A stretch of 64,000 nucleotides of DNA from Antedon mediterranea (taxonomy: Eukaryota; Animalia; Echinodermata), in contig NC_092676.1 of the NCBI RefSeq assembly GCF_964355755.1, positions 14,402,871 through 14,466,870 of the forward strand, given 5' to 3'. Of this stretch, positions 1 through 13,129 are shown one piece after another. Every line of letters starts with the position of its first letter. Positions within the stretch are counted from its first letter, which is position 1. Under the pieces are notes generated by a model, which did no database searches, was not told the DNA's origin, and saw nothing but the letters and a program-made list of their open reading frames with translations. A program made the position numbers and the translations under genes.

Positions 1-14
1 TTTTAAGTGCTGGG

Positions 15-1380
15 TTGATCTTGTTTATCACGTTAATTCTGGTTAACATGCTCTCTCGGAGAGCCTGTTAATTATCATTATCTTACGAAGTTATCATGAT
101 ATTTTAGACACCGTTAAATTCAACCAATCAGCTCTTGGTTATTTACTGCGTCATCGGCCACCCACCGGAACAATTCACCATTGTTGTTGTTTTGATTTCT
201 TTGATCGCCAGATTCAACAAATTGCTTAGGTTTAACCCACGATATTATTTCGGACATCATACATCACGTTAGACGATTAAAGAATGAAATACCGAAATCA
301 GAAGAACGAACCAGAAAGTAATGTGAAACAGCCAGGACTATTTCGAAAGCTAGCCTAGACCGTCCAACCCACACTCGATCCACCACAAAGGCATGCACAA
401 CCTTACGAACAGGCTGACACTTCTGCTATGAATGAGTGAATATATATGTCCCCGTTCAATCTGTCGTGCAAATAAAGAGTGTACGGTGTAATGTTTGTTT
501 GTGTAAATAAATCACTTACCAACTCCATTTTCAAACAAGATCAGATTTTTATAGTTAAAATCATGTGTTTTGAAACCTAAAGTTCTGCAAAATTAATAAA
601 TATCATCGATTTTGCACGTTCTTTATTAGTGCCGAAATTTAACAACTTCGGAAAGGTAAGCGTGAGTGAGGTGAAATTACAGACGGGCCAAGTTTGTTTT
701 CAAATTAATTCACGCTTGCTACTTGGCCTACTTTTTGACACAAAATATTTGAGGCAAAGATGCCATGGCTCATCCGCAAGAGAACCATGGCCTATTAGTT
801 AAAGATGTATTGTCCCTCAAAAACATGAAAAATGAAGATTAATTAAATCAGACTTTGAATATGGTATTTTGTAGTTTTAATAAAGTTAATCACTTCAATA
901 GAAAAAATACGAAAGAAAATCACGTTTTCACTTATAAAATGACAAAATAAATGTTAAAATTTAACCAAAAATCAATTGGCTGCAGGCAGCCAATTTGACA
1001 ATTTTTTTGCTTTAAATTACCTTTTTTTCAGTATAAATACATTTTTTTTTCGATCCAATTTTAGGTCAAAGTGGATAACTATTATGTTACATTAAAAATG
1101 GAATATTAAAAAAAAATTAAGAATTCTTTTTTCAGGGGGACAATACATCTTTAATATTATTTGTTATCTTAGGCCTGCTGGCTATCTACTACATAGAGGC
1201 CCACACTACAAAAACAAATCATCAATCCCTTCCTATGTGTGCTCCGAACATGTGTGTTTGGCCTTTCACTCATTAGCATACTTAAATCACGATGTTAAAT
1301 TCTATGTGAACGCTCTTCCTGTTAACATGATATTCTATATCACGATACGAAAGCACGATAAAATCTTGTGAACATGGCTA
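15..1380. mobile_element. non-autonomous interspersed repeat interrupted by two insertions; uninterrupted inverted copy at ~26290-26820
   Basis: Segments ~15-167, ~660-800 and ~1153-1380 match the reverse complement of 26290-26820. Confidence 0.75.
803..1150. mobile_element. Kolobok-type MITE (TTAA TSD)
   Basis: TIR AGATGTATTGTCCC / GGGACAATACATCT with TTAA on both sides; the empty site is visible in the host copy near 26545. Confidence 0.8.
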
Positions 1381-2076
1381 ATGACAAAGTGGTTGAGTAG
1401 AGAAACATTAACAATATATTTATACAAATAATTCAAAGACAACTAACAAAGTAATTTACATTAGTACACACACATTTAAAAAAACGCAACTATCTACCAA
1501 ACATACAGTATATATAAAAAATGGAAGATATTAAAGGTAAAAGATACTCAATACTTAATCAGTAATATTTTGGATTGAATTTTTTAAAATTGGAAGTGTC
1601 ATAGATTTTTAGTTTGTTTTTGTGTCATTTGAAAGTTTGTTCCATAATTTGATAATTTTTCCCAGTTACTTTTGTTCTAGTTTCAGTTGGTAAAAGATTC
1701 CATTCTTTCCTTGATCTGTATTTAAAGGTTCTTTTACCTTGAGCATTTTTCCAATTTCATTTCGTTTCAAATAGTAAACAAACAACAAATCTTGTATTAC
1801 ACGTTTTTAATAGAAAAAATCAATATTTAAGAGTTTAATGTCATCAGCAAACACAAAAAAAATTATAAAAAGTTGGAATAAAACAAAAATCAGTAATACA
1901 TAAATTGAAGAAAAGGAGACCCAAAATAGAACTCTGAAGAAGTAATCAAGCCATTCAGATGATTGTATCAGATTATTGTGTCTACCTATCTAGTATTTCC
2001 TATGTAGTATTTTCATACCATGTTTCAACCATCTTTTGAATGATAAATTAGTGTCTGTCATGTGTACATTTTGTAG

Positions 2077-2237
2077 GTTGATTGATGTATTGCATGACTT
2101 TGGACCGCTTGATTGGCAACTTGCTGGTATGGTGTGTATGATATTGTGCAATTACAGTGAGAATATTACATGTTCTGCAGAATGCCTTGGTGAAGAAGAG
2201 ACTAGTGATCTTATTGCACTCCTTATACATTATCTTG
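2077..2237 (+). CDS. ARMC2: ARMC2 penultimate coding exon (armadillo repeat-containing protein 2)
   Basis: ttgtag acceptor at 2071-2076, gtgagt donor at 2238. Encodes LIDVLHDFGPLDWQLAGMVCMILCNYSENITCSAECLGEEETSDLIALLIHYL, matching the recalled ARMC2 C-terminal motif LVDCLRDLGPTDWQLACLVCKTLWNFSENIT. Confidence 0.88.
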
Positions 2238-2309
2238 GTGAGTACAATAACTTCATGACAAATAAGTAGGTTGATTTTGATAAATTAGTATAGCAGCATT
2301 CCATAGTCC

Positions 2310-2520
2310 GAGCGGTGGCGCCAGGATCTTTCCGACGCGGGGGGCTAAATTCCCCGACGGGGGGGGGGGGGGTGGCTATGCGAGCGAAGCGAGCATCACT
2401 AGGCTAGAAGCCCCTAAAGCAACATGTTCTACCGTAATTTGAGGCCGTTTTAATAAGATTTAGGGTAGCCAACTGTCTCCATTTTTTATGGTACATAAAT
2501 AAAATACTGTGTGAAACACA
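2310..2520. mobile_element. hAT-like element terminus related to 42220-42400
   Basis: AGCGGTGGCGCCAGG start, CCCCGAC subterminal motifs and aggccgttttaat.agatttagg shared with the 3' region of the hAT element. Confidence 0.55.
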
Positions 2521-2579
2521 TTGCACGGGGTCCTATATGCGATGACTTTGTGTAAATCCATTCTTTCAATTTTAAAAAT

Positions 2580-3680
2580 AAACTGACCTTCAATATGCCT
2601 ATCATAGAAATTATCTGCGAACGTAAAATGCACCCACAGGCAGAACATGGCTCTGTAAGAACATTTTGAAAAATAGAGCTGCTAGGTCCCCAGATATTGC
2701 AATTGTACATTGATGTATGAAACGAAATTACAAGTCTACATTTAGAAAAATAGAATTGCAGGTCCCTGGAAATTGGATTATACTTCGAAATATATATATT
2801 TATATATATAATCTGCAGGACCAGCCCTACCATTAGGGCTGAGCTGTTATGAAAATTGTGAAAAATAGAACTGCTAGGTCCCTGAAAATTGCACTTAAAT
2901 AGGCCCTATTGATAAATGAAACGAAATTATAAGTCTACAGGACCAGCCCGCCATAGATGGTTAGGTGGTGCTATGAAAATTGTGAAAATAGAGCTGCTAG
3001 GTCCCTGCAAAATGCAGTTTACATTTAAATGTGAATCAAAATTAGGGTTGAGCTGTTAGGAAAATTGTGAAAAATAGAACTGCTAGGTCCCTGAAAATTG
3101 CACTTAAATAGGCCCTATTCATAAATGAAACAAAATTATAAGTCTACAGGACCAGCCCGCCATAGATGGTTAGGTGGTGCTATGAAAATTGTGAAAATAG
3201 AGCTGCTAGGCCCTGCAAAATGCAGTTTACATTTAAATGTGAATCAAAATTAGGGCTGAGCTGTTAGGAAAATTGTGAAAAATAGAACTGCTAGGTCCCT
3301 GAAAATTGCACTTAAATAGGCCCTATTCATAAATGAAACAAAATTATAAGTCTACAGGACCAGCCCACCATGGTTGGGGTGGAGCTAAGAACATTTTGAA
3401 AAATAGAGTTGCTAGGTCCTGGAAATTATATTTCGAAACACAAAACAAAATATATAAGTTACCAGAACCGTCCCTATACCATGGTTGGGACAGAGCTAAA
3501 AGAAATTTGGAAAATAGAGCTCTTTGGTCCCCAGACAATACACTGACTGTATTATACTTCGAAATATGAAACAAAATGTATAAATATCCATGACTAGCTC
3601 TATAGCTGGGGCTGAGCTAAGACAATTTTGAAAACTACAGCTGCAGGTCTTAAAAAATTACCGTTATACTTTAAAAATAT
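2580..3680. repeat. tandem array with ~210-bp higher-order unit (GAAAATAGAGCTGCTAGGTCCC subunits)
   Basis: Near-identical blocks starting at ~2853, ~3063 and ~3272; more diverged monomers on both flanks. Confidence 0.85.
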
Positions 3681-4355
3681 CAGGCCTAGAGGCCTAAAAA
3701 AGTGGGAAAGCGTAGACCATTTGCTGTTTATTTACCAGATGCATGCGTGCGTACCATCTGGACTTTTGATGTACGATGAGAAGTTCATGACACGACATTG
3801 AAAATGTAATAACATAGCTTAATAGTTGGGGAGCCAAAAAGAGTTTACCTGCACCCTCTAGCAAACTATACAAATCAATTTTTTGCGGTTGGCCGATACA
3901 AAATTGGAATGCTTGGTCAGTACAGGGGCCAACAGGGTGTATTGGAATAGTTTTTGTGACAAACTACTCAGAACACCATGATTTCTATTCACTCTAATGG
4001 GCAACATTTGCTAAAAGTATTCAAAAAATGGTCAAGAAATTGGCCATATGAATATCTCAGCAACCACTGGTCAGAAAGTGATAATTGTGGTATAAAATTA
4101 CTCGCAAAGTATATGTTTATATTTGTTCTAATGTAATAAAAATCATAAAACTGACAAAAACCCCTAATTTTGACCTTTGACATATAGCCGGCACAAACAT
4201 TTTTGGCTTAGAGCAAACTTTTTATATATCAGAAATTGTTGGTCGGATATGGTCGTAGTTGGTGTTAAAATACTCAGAAGATACATATTTCTATTCACTC
4301 TAATGGACAACTTTTGCCAAAAATGATGGTGAAACTTTATTTTTGACCATTGGTC

Positions 4356-4713
4356 AATATGGCTTTACCACGTTGAAACACCGGTTCTCGTCAGATCACC
4401 GAAGTTAAGCGACGTTGGGCCTGGTTAGAGCTTGGATGGGAGACCATCTGGGATTAACGGGTGCTGTATACGGAGCTGGGGTCCCGTTAGGCATTTGAAA
4501 TCAGCACTGCTGACTCTTATGGCAGCCCCTGCATCTAGTATCTGCCTCAGACCTCTGGTCAAGGTGGGCACTGGACGAGAGAAGCCCTTGATCAATGTTA
4601 AGACCAATCAAGGTGCTTTAAACAGTCCTGGCTTTGTTTGTATCAAACCTGTTAGTGGCGGTAATTATCGCTGTTGGTTTCGATTAAATAAATAAAATAA
4701 AAATAAAATAAAA
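4356..4713 (+). mobile_element. 5S rRNA-derived SINE (SINE3-type)
   Basis: 4356-4470 is a diverged 5S sequence (ACCACGTTGAAACACCGGTTCTCGTCAGATCACCGAAGTTAAGC...GGATGGGAGACC...GGGTGCTGTA) with no oligo-T terminator, followed by a ~215-nt body and an (AAAAT)n tail. Confidence 0.85.
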
Positions 4714-5328
4714 ATGGCCATATCAATATCTCAGCAACCACTAGTCAGGAAGTACTAATTTTATTCTCAAATTACTCGCAAAGGATTATTTATATTTGCT
4801 CTAATACAATAGAAATACACAAAATGTTTAAAAACCTATAGCTGGTACAAACAAATTTGCATGGAGCACATTTACATTTTTAATAACTAGTGAATAATAA
4901 TTGGCTTGCTTTATATCAAAATACACTAGTATTAATATCACCCTAATGAACCAGTGCCAAAAGACATATCATGACCACTTGTCTAAATAACAAGTTGTGA
5001 AAAAGTGAAGCATTTCAGGATCACATGATCACATAATAAATTTAAACTCTTATAATTAAATTCTTCGACATTATTATATTGATGTCCTTTTAAACCGATT
5101 GAAACAACCTAAAATTGGTAAGGGCTTCCACTGGGGAGCTATTGGCATTTTTAAACAGAAATATGCTGATGGTAATACTGAGTGTCATGTTTTTAAATCA
5201 AAGTTACCATGTAGTAATTTTTGCAGTTTTCAGTAATTTTTGCAGCTACCAAAAAAAAAATGTAAAATTAAATGTAATTAAAATTGTGATATCTAGAATG
5301 GTTTGAGCAGTTAGCTTGCACAATAATT

Positions 5329-5716
5329 AATAATAATAATAATATATACGAATTTGTAAAGCGCCAATTCCAGCAACAAGTGATCAAAGGCGCTGTGGAC
5401 TAAGATGTTACACCTTTTCAACAACATTCTAAGGGTCCCATCGTGTCATCGGCAGCCAACTACTGCGCCATCACGTCTGTCCACGACAGTGTGTGTTTAT
5501 AAACTAGTACACCGGGGTACCCCCCCCCCCCCCCCTACTCGTCTTGAAAGATGTACTAGGTTCTTTAAAGTGCACATGAGCCAGATGTACACTGGACCTA
5601 CGGTTTATCCGAGAAGACTTGTTCTACCCTGGAACCATGGAGCGAGTGAGCCTCAAACCCTTGCCGATATTATGGATTATGGTTCCCCTGTCTTAACCAC
5701 TCGGCCACAGCACTGC
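5329..5716 (-). mobile_element. tRNA-derived Deu/Nin-domain SINE with L2-like tail
   Basis: Minus strand: A box TGGCCGAGTGG, core TAAACCGTAGGTCC...GCACTTTAAAGAACC...CCCCGGTGT, tail AGCGCCTTTGA...GGCGCTTTACAAAT and (ATT)n. Confidence 0.8.
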
Positions 5717-6208
5717 ATTGAAAATGTTATACTGTAGTATAAAACATTTATGTGTTATTTTCTTCTCTGGTCAAATAAGGATGGCGAGCTTCTACAAATA
5801 ACTTTACTAAACGAAAATTAAGAAGTATTAATGGGTATCACCACTTATACTTGGCCAAAAACATACAAAGGTGGCAAGTTTGGAAATGATATAGGCATAT
5901 GACATTGTTTTGTCATTTACTTTTTTACATCTTTCTTCAGTTGTTAAACTGAGCACGGCCTTTTGATTTTTGAGTTTTTATTCTAAGGAATCAAACATTA
6001 TCTGAGGTCAAAGGTCAAATTTTAAATGGCCTCAAAACAAAAGTTGAAAATGTTCGCGTTACCATACCAAATTTCATGCTTCTAACCCAAGTAAATATTT
6101 GTATGGATCGATGACCCATTGACCTACTCTACCATTTGCAAAACTAGAACATATTATATATAAAACTATTCTATAAAACTATCCTACACACACTATTAAA
6201 AACATTTG

Positions 6209-6738
6209 GGGCGGATTGCTATAAGCGGTCTATAAACGGTCTTAGCCCTTAGCCGGCTATAATTCGTGACGTAGCAAGTAGTCTTTATTTATAGACCATT
6301 GCTATACCGCGGTCTGACCTGTAAACGGTCTTTAAAATTAAAGCCTACTCGAAGGAGTCTTAAAACAGTCTTTAACCTCTCTTTTTGTTGCTTTTACGTA
6401 TTATTTATCGTCAAAGACAACCAATTAAACGAGTTTTAAGTGTTAAATCAAATAATAACGGTGATTTTATTCTTATATAGGCCTAGAATGGATTTTCTCG
6501 CGTAGAAATGTACGTACTGTTATGATTGTGAATTGAACAAGCGTGACGAACATTACCTTATTTGGTATTCTACGCGCAAAGTACGCCCTCAATTTGTTAC
6601 TTTACGCGGTCTTATCCAAGACTGTTTTATAGCAATGGTCTATCAGGAGTGGTTTTAATAAGACCGTCTATCTGATAAAGCCGGCTTTAATCGGGGAGTT
6701 AAGACCATCAGTTAAGACTGTTTTATAGCAATCCACCC
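6209..6738. mobile_element. MITE, PIF/Harbinger-like
   Basis: TIR GGGCGGATTGCTATAA / TTATAGCAATCCACCC with repeated internal accgc/gcggtc motifs. Confidence 0.7.
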
Positions 6739-6823
6739 TTGAAGTTGTACCATTTATATTTGTTATTGTTGAGGTAATTTTTAGCACATATTGCCAACAT
6801 TAACACAACATTATTTTTTACAG

Positions 6824-6987
6824 ATGAAGAAGCACCCCTTGAAATGACAGAAGCAGCTGATTGGTATGAGGACACAATTGATGTTATGAAGTATTACTGG
6901 TTGACTGATTTCTATCCTGTAGCAACACAGCTAATAAGTAGAATTGAAAAACATAATACTAACTTAGTTCCACTTGATGCTCCTTGA
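6824..6987 (+). CDS. ARMC2: ARMC2 terminal coding exon
   Basis: ttatttttta-cag acceptor; phase-1 join with the previous exon gives DEEAPLEMTEAADWYEDTIDVMKYYWLTDFYPVATQLISRIEKHNTNLVPLDAP*, similar to the recalled ARMC2 end WETEFKPVAQQLLNRIQRHHTFLEPLP. TGA at 6985-6987. Confidence 0.88.
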
Positions 6988-7230
6988 TCAGTATATTTCC
7001 TATATTATGTGAACAAAGATAGTCAAAGATACTGACAGTGACATTTGTCATTTTGTATTGCTTTTTTCAGATATTCTTAACATTAAAATGTATACATTTC
7101 TTTTCATTAATGTACTTCAACAATTTAATTTGAATTGATTTGTAATAGTATGAGTGTGTTTTGGTCGTTTGTTTTTAAAGATATACTTTGTAATGAAAAG
7201 TCAATTAGACAAAAAAGGGCTAACAATAGA

Positions 7231-7236
7231 AATAAA
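7231..7236 (+). terminator. candidate polyadenylation signal for ARMC2 (alternative AATAAA at 7411-7416)
   Basis: AATAAA about 245 nt after the stop codon; the hexamer is common in AT-rich DNA, so support is weak. Confidence 0.3.
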
Positions 7237-8239
7237 TTTGCTAAAGCTGAATTTTTCAGGATAAGTCCTTAATATTGTTTTAAACAACATTTTAAAAGCC
7301 CCTTTCTGCATCAACCCGCTTGAGCCCGATTGAGTTGGGAAAGAAAGTACTGTATGTGCAATGTATAAGTCCTGTTTATACAGGACAGTAAATTTGAAAT
7401 ATTTAATCAAAATAAAGTAATAATTACAGTACTGTGATACATAATGCTTGCTTATCTGTTGAGAAATTTCTATAAAACCTTGAAGTTATTCCTGCTTCGC
7501 GTATGTAAGTTCAGATCAAATCAGACTTTGACCAGGCAAGAAGGTATACCTCTCTAGTCAGGTATAGAAATTATGACTTTCGTTCTGGTTTTTTTAAATG
7601 GTTGAACTATTCCAAGAATTATTTTATATATTATTTTCCATATGATTATTAAACTGCTTTTCATAAAAATGTCTTTTTTATGGTTTTATTTATGATTTTA
7701 GAGAGAGTTTTTCGGAATGATTAATTTATGTGTTGGATAACAAAGGGATTTAGAGTAAAGTTTCGGTTTTATTGAAACTAATATTCCATCAGTACATCAC
7801 TTTTTTGGCAAAACATCTGTACATCACTTAACACCAGAGGGCATATATACCATATCCATACTGCCTTTAACGTGAGAACAATGAGTATTGTACAGATCGA
7901 TCATCTTGCCAGAGCCTTTGAAATATAAAAGAATATTCTATAAAGCATAGAAATTGGTTTATTATTTATTTGAGTATATATAAATGCGAAATACTAATGT
8001 ATGCGAATTTAAATGGATTGTTTGTTTAGTAAAAATAAGTTTAAAAGTATCATGGAGAGACAGGTTGTCAAAATGTAGATATTTTCAACATATCATCAAA
8101 CACATAATAAGGGAAGAGGAAAAACAACTGCCGACACTACTGTGTTAATGATTATGAGGTGTACGATTTTTTTTGGAATTGGTTAGCAAAACTACATTTT
8201 GGATGTGTATATCAATCTACATCAATTTTTTCCATTAGA

Positions 8240-8820
8240 ATTAGAGTCACACCTATATACAAAGATGGTGACAAAGCGAACCCCAATAATGACAGACCAA
8301 TATCAGTCCTACCATCAGTAACTATCAAACGTCATGTACACCAGCAATTATATGACTACAGTACTGTAAACAAAATATTTTGAATGAATTACAATCTGGC
8401 TTAAGGAAAAACGACTACCCTAATAGATGTCTCAGATTATATCCTAAATAACTTAAATGGAGGTAAAGCAACTGCTGCTATCTTCATTGATTTAAAAAAA
8501 ACATTTGACACTGTTGATCACAAACTCCTTATATCTAAACTTATTGGTTGTGGAAGTCATCTGCTCTGAACTGGTTCATCTCGTATCTTAGTGAGAGATT
8601 TCAAGTTGTGAAAAAAAAACTCACAATCTAGGCCTACTCATATGGAAGTAAACATCCCAAGGTTCTATACTAGGACCTTTATTGTTTATTATTTATCTAC
8701 CTAATGTCACTCAATCAAAATGTGTTTGCAGACGACACTACAATCTTATGTAACTCATCTGATCCCACTCTACTTCAAAATGAATTAAATTCAAATTTTA
8801 CAAAAATTGCTAAATACTTT
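8240..8820 (+). mobile_element. degenerate CR1-group LINE reverse transcriptase fragment
   Basis: VTPIYKDGDKANPNNDRPISVLP, FIDLKKTFDTVDH, QGSILGP, FADDT across frameshifts. Confidence 0.85.
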
Positions 8821-9129
8821 CATTTTTTATTAAAACACATTGTTTCAGTGCCGTGCTAATTTACTTTTTATTATAGGTTGCTGTATGTAAATTGTTGCGG
8901 AATGAATTGCCTATTTACACCTGAAAATTAAAATAAACGCATTTTGGTCCCTTGATGCATAGAGATATTCACTATAATATCTCTATGCTTGATGTAACAT
9001 GATAAGTTGACGCGTGTATCGTACCCATACTCGGGGCACGAACGATTCGTACAAAGGACACCGCCATACAACCGCGTAGGCCTACCTATTGTTTAGATCG
9101 CCGGCAGTCAGCAAGCATAAAGTGTATAT

Positions 9130-11570
9130 ACTACAAAAATTATTAGTTTTATCAATATTCAGCGATAGTTTTTTAGCCTTGAACCAATCCAAGACACACA
9201 GTAATTCCCTGTTAAGTGTACAAAAAGTATATTAATATTTTTATGGGATACAAAAATATTTGTAATCATCAGCAAATAATATATAGTTTAATAACTCAGA
9301 AGAGTTTGGGATATCATTTACATAAATAAGAAAAAGCAAGGGACCTAAAGTAGATCATTGTGGTACCCCGCAGTTTACAGGCAATAAACTAGAAGTAGGC
9401 CTAATGCCTATGTGAATTAAAACATGTAAACTATTTTCGAGTCCTCTGGTGCCATAATGGTATGAATAATAGTATAGTGTCGAAGGCTTTCGATAAATCC
9501 ATAAAGACTACAACTGTGTGTTTATTTTCAGATTTAGCGGAGGATATTTTGTTGTTGCAGATAATGCTAGTTCGGTTGAGTGTTCTTTACGGAAACCATA
9601 CTGATTAGGGTGAAGAATATCGTTAGTGTTTAAAAAATAAATGAGCCTATTATAGATTAACTTTTCATACACTTTAGAAAAACACGGAAGAAGTGATATC
9701 GGACGATAATCAGATATAATGTGACAGTCCACAGTGCTGTGGGAAAAATCCCAGTAAGTATAGATAAGTTAAAATATGAGAAAGTGGTCGAACTATAAAT
9801 GGTGCTATTTGTTTAATCACACTAGCACTAATGTCATCATACCGGGTACTTTTACCAGATTTAAGTTCACTAATATTATCTATAATTTCTTTTGGTGTAA
9901 TTGGTGAAGAAGAATATTGATTTGTCATTGGGCTTGGACATTATGCCTAAAGTATGAATAATTTGTTGAAGATTAAGGGATTTTCGAGGACATTTTATTA
10001 CCTGTAGGCCTATCATTAAAATATACATTAAACAAATTGGAAGTTTTATTTCCATCCGTAATCTTTATATTATTTTTAAGAAAGAACTATGCAGGTTTTT
10101 CTTTATTTGTATTTTTACCTAATATTTCGTTTATATTTTTCCATGTTTGCTTAAAGCTCAGGTACAGGCATGAATTTTAAATACAATATCTGGTTAATTG
10201 TACATAAATCAAATATTAGTAACAGAAATAAAGACGAAAAAACATGAATTTCCCTTAATATGGTCAAATACAAAATTTTGCAAAATTCTGCCATAAAAAC
10301 CAGGAAGACTTTTTTTCAGTAGTTAGGTGGTTTAACCTAATGTAATAGCATGTCTGGTGACTCCCTAGAAGGTGAAAAAAGATGGTGGATATACGGTGGA
10401 TAATTTTTGCTATAGCATGAAAATAAAAATCTGAAGTTCTGATTAAAAATACCAGAAATGTAAAATTCAAGTTATATTACCTATATTTAGTCATCTGATA
10501 ACATTTTTTACCACGCCGTTTATTTTTCATAGCTTTTCAAAATGCGTCTCTATTTACAAAATTTGTGTACAAATGAATAGAGATTTTACTGTGTAATTTG
10601 AACTATCCCCCCACTGATAAGAAAGTGCTTATTTTCAACAAGTTCGTGTAACACAAATAAAATCACAAAAATTATGAAACATAATCGATATATATATATA
10701 TATAGATCGATAATTATTGGAATGTATGATCAATCAAAATTGTTTGCCCGCACCTGGCCTTTAAGATCATTTTTATATAAATTAAATGTATTAGCATAAT
10801 ATTTCTGGCATACGAATTAAATGTGTCAATATTTTTTATATTTGTTTTTAGCCGATATTATTAGTTTTTAAGAATTGTTTATACAGTCTATTCCTGGTAT
10901 TTATCGATTTTATTATGGCCCGGCCGAAGTGATCCATGGTTTTCTTTCCTTTCTTCTAATTATTTTCTTTTTAGTTATTTTAATGTGACTGTCATAAGCA
11001 TTGGAAAAATTACTAAAACATATATCATAGTTTTTACAGCGATTATTAACATTAAAGACGTCGCCCCAGTCAGTTTCATTAAGTTGTATACCAAATTCAG
11101 AAATAGTTTTACTATTAATTTTCCAACAATAAATATATTTTTGTTCGGTATTCAAAATATTAATATTATCATCTTTTAATGTAAATATCGAAAAATGATC
11201 AGTGACATCAGTAAATAAAATGCCAGATAAAATATGTTATTTAATATATTGGTGAAAATATTATATGAGGGATGCATTGTTTGTATTGACTCGGTTTATC
11301 AATAAGGGAGAAAAGAATTTGAATACATATAATTAAGGAATTTAGCTGTTGGACCAGATCATTTCATCAAATCAAGGTTAAAATTGCCTCAGAGATATAA
11401 GCAGGTTTTTCTTCATTAGAAATAAGTTCAGTTTTTTTTTAAATATAATCTAAGAATGATTCGACTGGGGTATCAGGAGCTCGATAAACAATTCCTTTAA
11501 TATTGTTTTTAGGTTTAGTTTCAATTTACACGAACATTGATTCATATGATGATTCGTTTCCCATCTTTAT
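9130..11570 (-). mobile_element. degenerate CR1/Daphne-like LINE ORF2 (endonuclease plus RT), interrupted by a MITE
   Basis: Minus-strand motifs GIVYRAP, TDVTDHFSIF, KPWIT, YRPISLLPCFSKVYEKL, QYGFR, DLSKAFDT, FADD. Confidence 0.85.
10155..10760. mobile_element. Kolobok-type MITE inserted in the LINE
   Basis: TTAA at 10151-10154 and 10761-10764; imperfect TIR AGCTCAGGTACAGGCA / TGCCCGCACCTGGCCT; removal restores the LINE frame KNDLKQTWKNINEILGK. Confidence 0.8.
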
Positions 11571-11878
11571 TCAACTTATTTAAGGGCAATATGAACTATT
11601 TTCTTTTGATCGTTATCATTATTATTTAGGCCTACAGCAGTTTGTTTTAATCTAAGTAATCTTTTAATATCTTTATTAATCCAAGGCTTGGAATTTGGAT
11701 AGGCTTATTTACTTAATCTCATTAACACAAGATGTAATACAAAAATTTAAATAGCTACTTATTAATAGCATCGGTTGTCTCATCAATCGAATGTAGATTT
11801 ACAAAAATGTTCCAATTTGTAGACTGGCTCAAGCCATCCATATCCTCTTTCATTGTTACCGCGTGGCATCGTACAGAA

Positions 11879-12037
11879 AGCTTGGTTCCCACTAGAACGT
11901 AACGCAAGGACGTAAACGCAACGCAAGCGTTTTAACCAATGACAAGCGAAGTTAACGAATAAGCCATCGCTTGTGATTAGTCAATTCACTTGCGTTGCGT
12001 TACGTCCTTGCGTTGCGTCGCTAGTGGGAACCACGCT
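11879..12037. mobile_element. palindromic Harbinger-type MITE (family copy 1)
   Basis: TIR AGCTTGGTTCCCACTAG; further copies at 49160-49337, 55265-55443 and 59629-59807. Confidence 0.85.
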
Positions 12038-12056
12038 TTACTAGTTAACTACACTC

Positions 12057-12813
12057 CCCACTGGGTGCAGTACAAATTTTGCGGGAAAAAAAGTATAGGA
12101 ATTTTTTGTTCTGATAGAGTATACCATATACAATGTCAGGAAAAAAATCCCTATCCCAGGGTCTTGGGGAAAATTGTTTACGACACTTTTAAATTCATGG
12201 CCTATATAGGCTAACCCACACAAATGCCTTAACACACACACAATACCTATATATAGGGGATAGGGAAAACCAATTCACGTTTTTTTTTACTTGGAGTTGT
12301 GTTATGATGATTAAAATTAGCTGAGGCTTACTTTAATAACTACTTCTCATAGTAGTTGATAAATCGAGTCGATAACAATGACATCATCATGCCAGAATCC
12401 AATATGGCGTCCAATTTGGCGGGAAAAACAGGGTATTGCTAAACCCTGCAAACCCCCGAAAACCTAAAAAAAAAACATCGCAAACCCCACCGAACCAACC
12501 CACTGGGTATATTCATGTAAAAAAATATTAAATTTCTACTGTTAACTAGGCCTACTTATTTTTGGGGTAAAACATAATTTTTTGGTCAAAAAGGATTGCT
12601 AAACCCTGCAAACCTCCAAAAAAACATAGCAAACCCCACCGAAAAGTGATTGAATCATGTAGTGTACGACCCACTGGGTATATCCATGTAAAAAAAATGA
12701 TGTTTTATCCCCAAAATAAGTAGTTTTAACTACTTATTTTGGGGATATTAAATTTCTACTGTTAAAACAGTAGAAATTTAATATGAAATTTAATATTTCA
12801 TATACCCAGTGGG
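12057..12813. mobile_element. non-autonomous DNA element with CCCACTGGG termini and internal duplications
   Basis: CCCACTGGG at ~12057, ~12499 and ~12670, inverted CCCAGTGGG at ~12805; internal tandem copies of ttgctaaaccctgcaaacc. Confidence 0.55.
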
Positions 12814-13129
12814 TCATGATGATTGAAATAAATGGGGTAACATCACATGAAAGAGATCTTCTTGGGGCGTCCATTAGAATTTTCTTTTTCAATCTATAAA
12901 TTATTTTATATCTATCTATTATGTCTAATTGTTTTTCGCATCTTTTGTATATATTATCTGAATAATGTTTATAAATCTAACGGAACTAGATTGGGTGCAA
13001 TATAGTTTCGCATTAATAATCAGTGTATATTACTTGGTTTATTGATTGACTACTACTAATTTTGTTGTATATAATTTAATTTCCATAAACAACAACATAA
13101 GTCCACGTGACAGTGGCAACAACTAAATT

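Noticed and set aside
4356-4470. functional 5S rRNA gene
   Set aside because: Many substitutions, no oligo-T terminator, continues into a body and A-rich tail, and is inserted into a repeat; treated as a SINE head.
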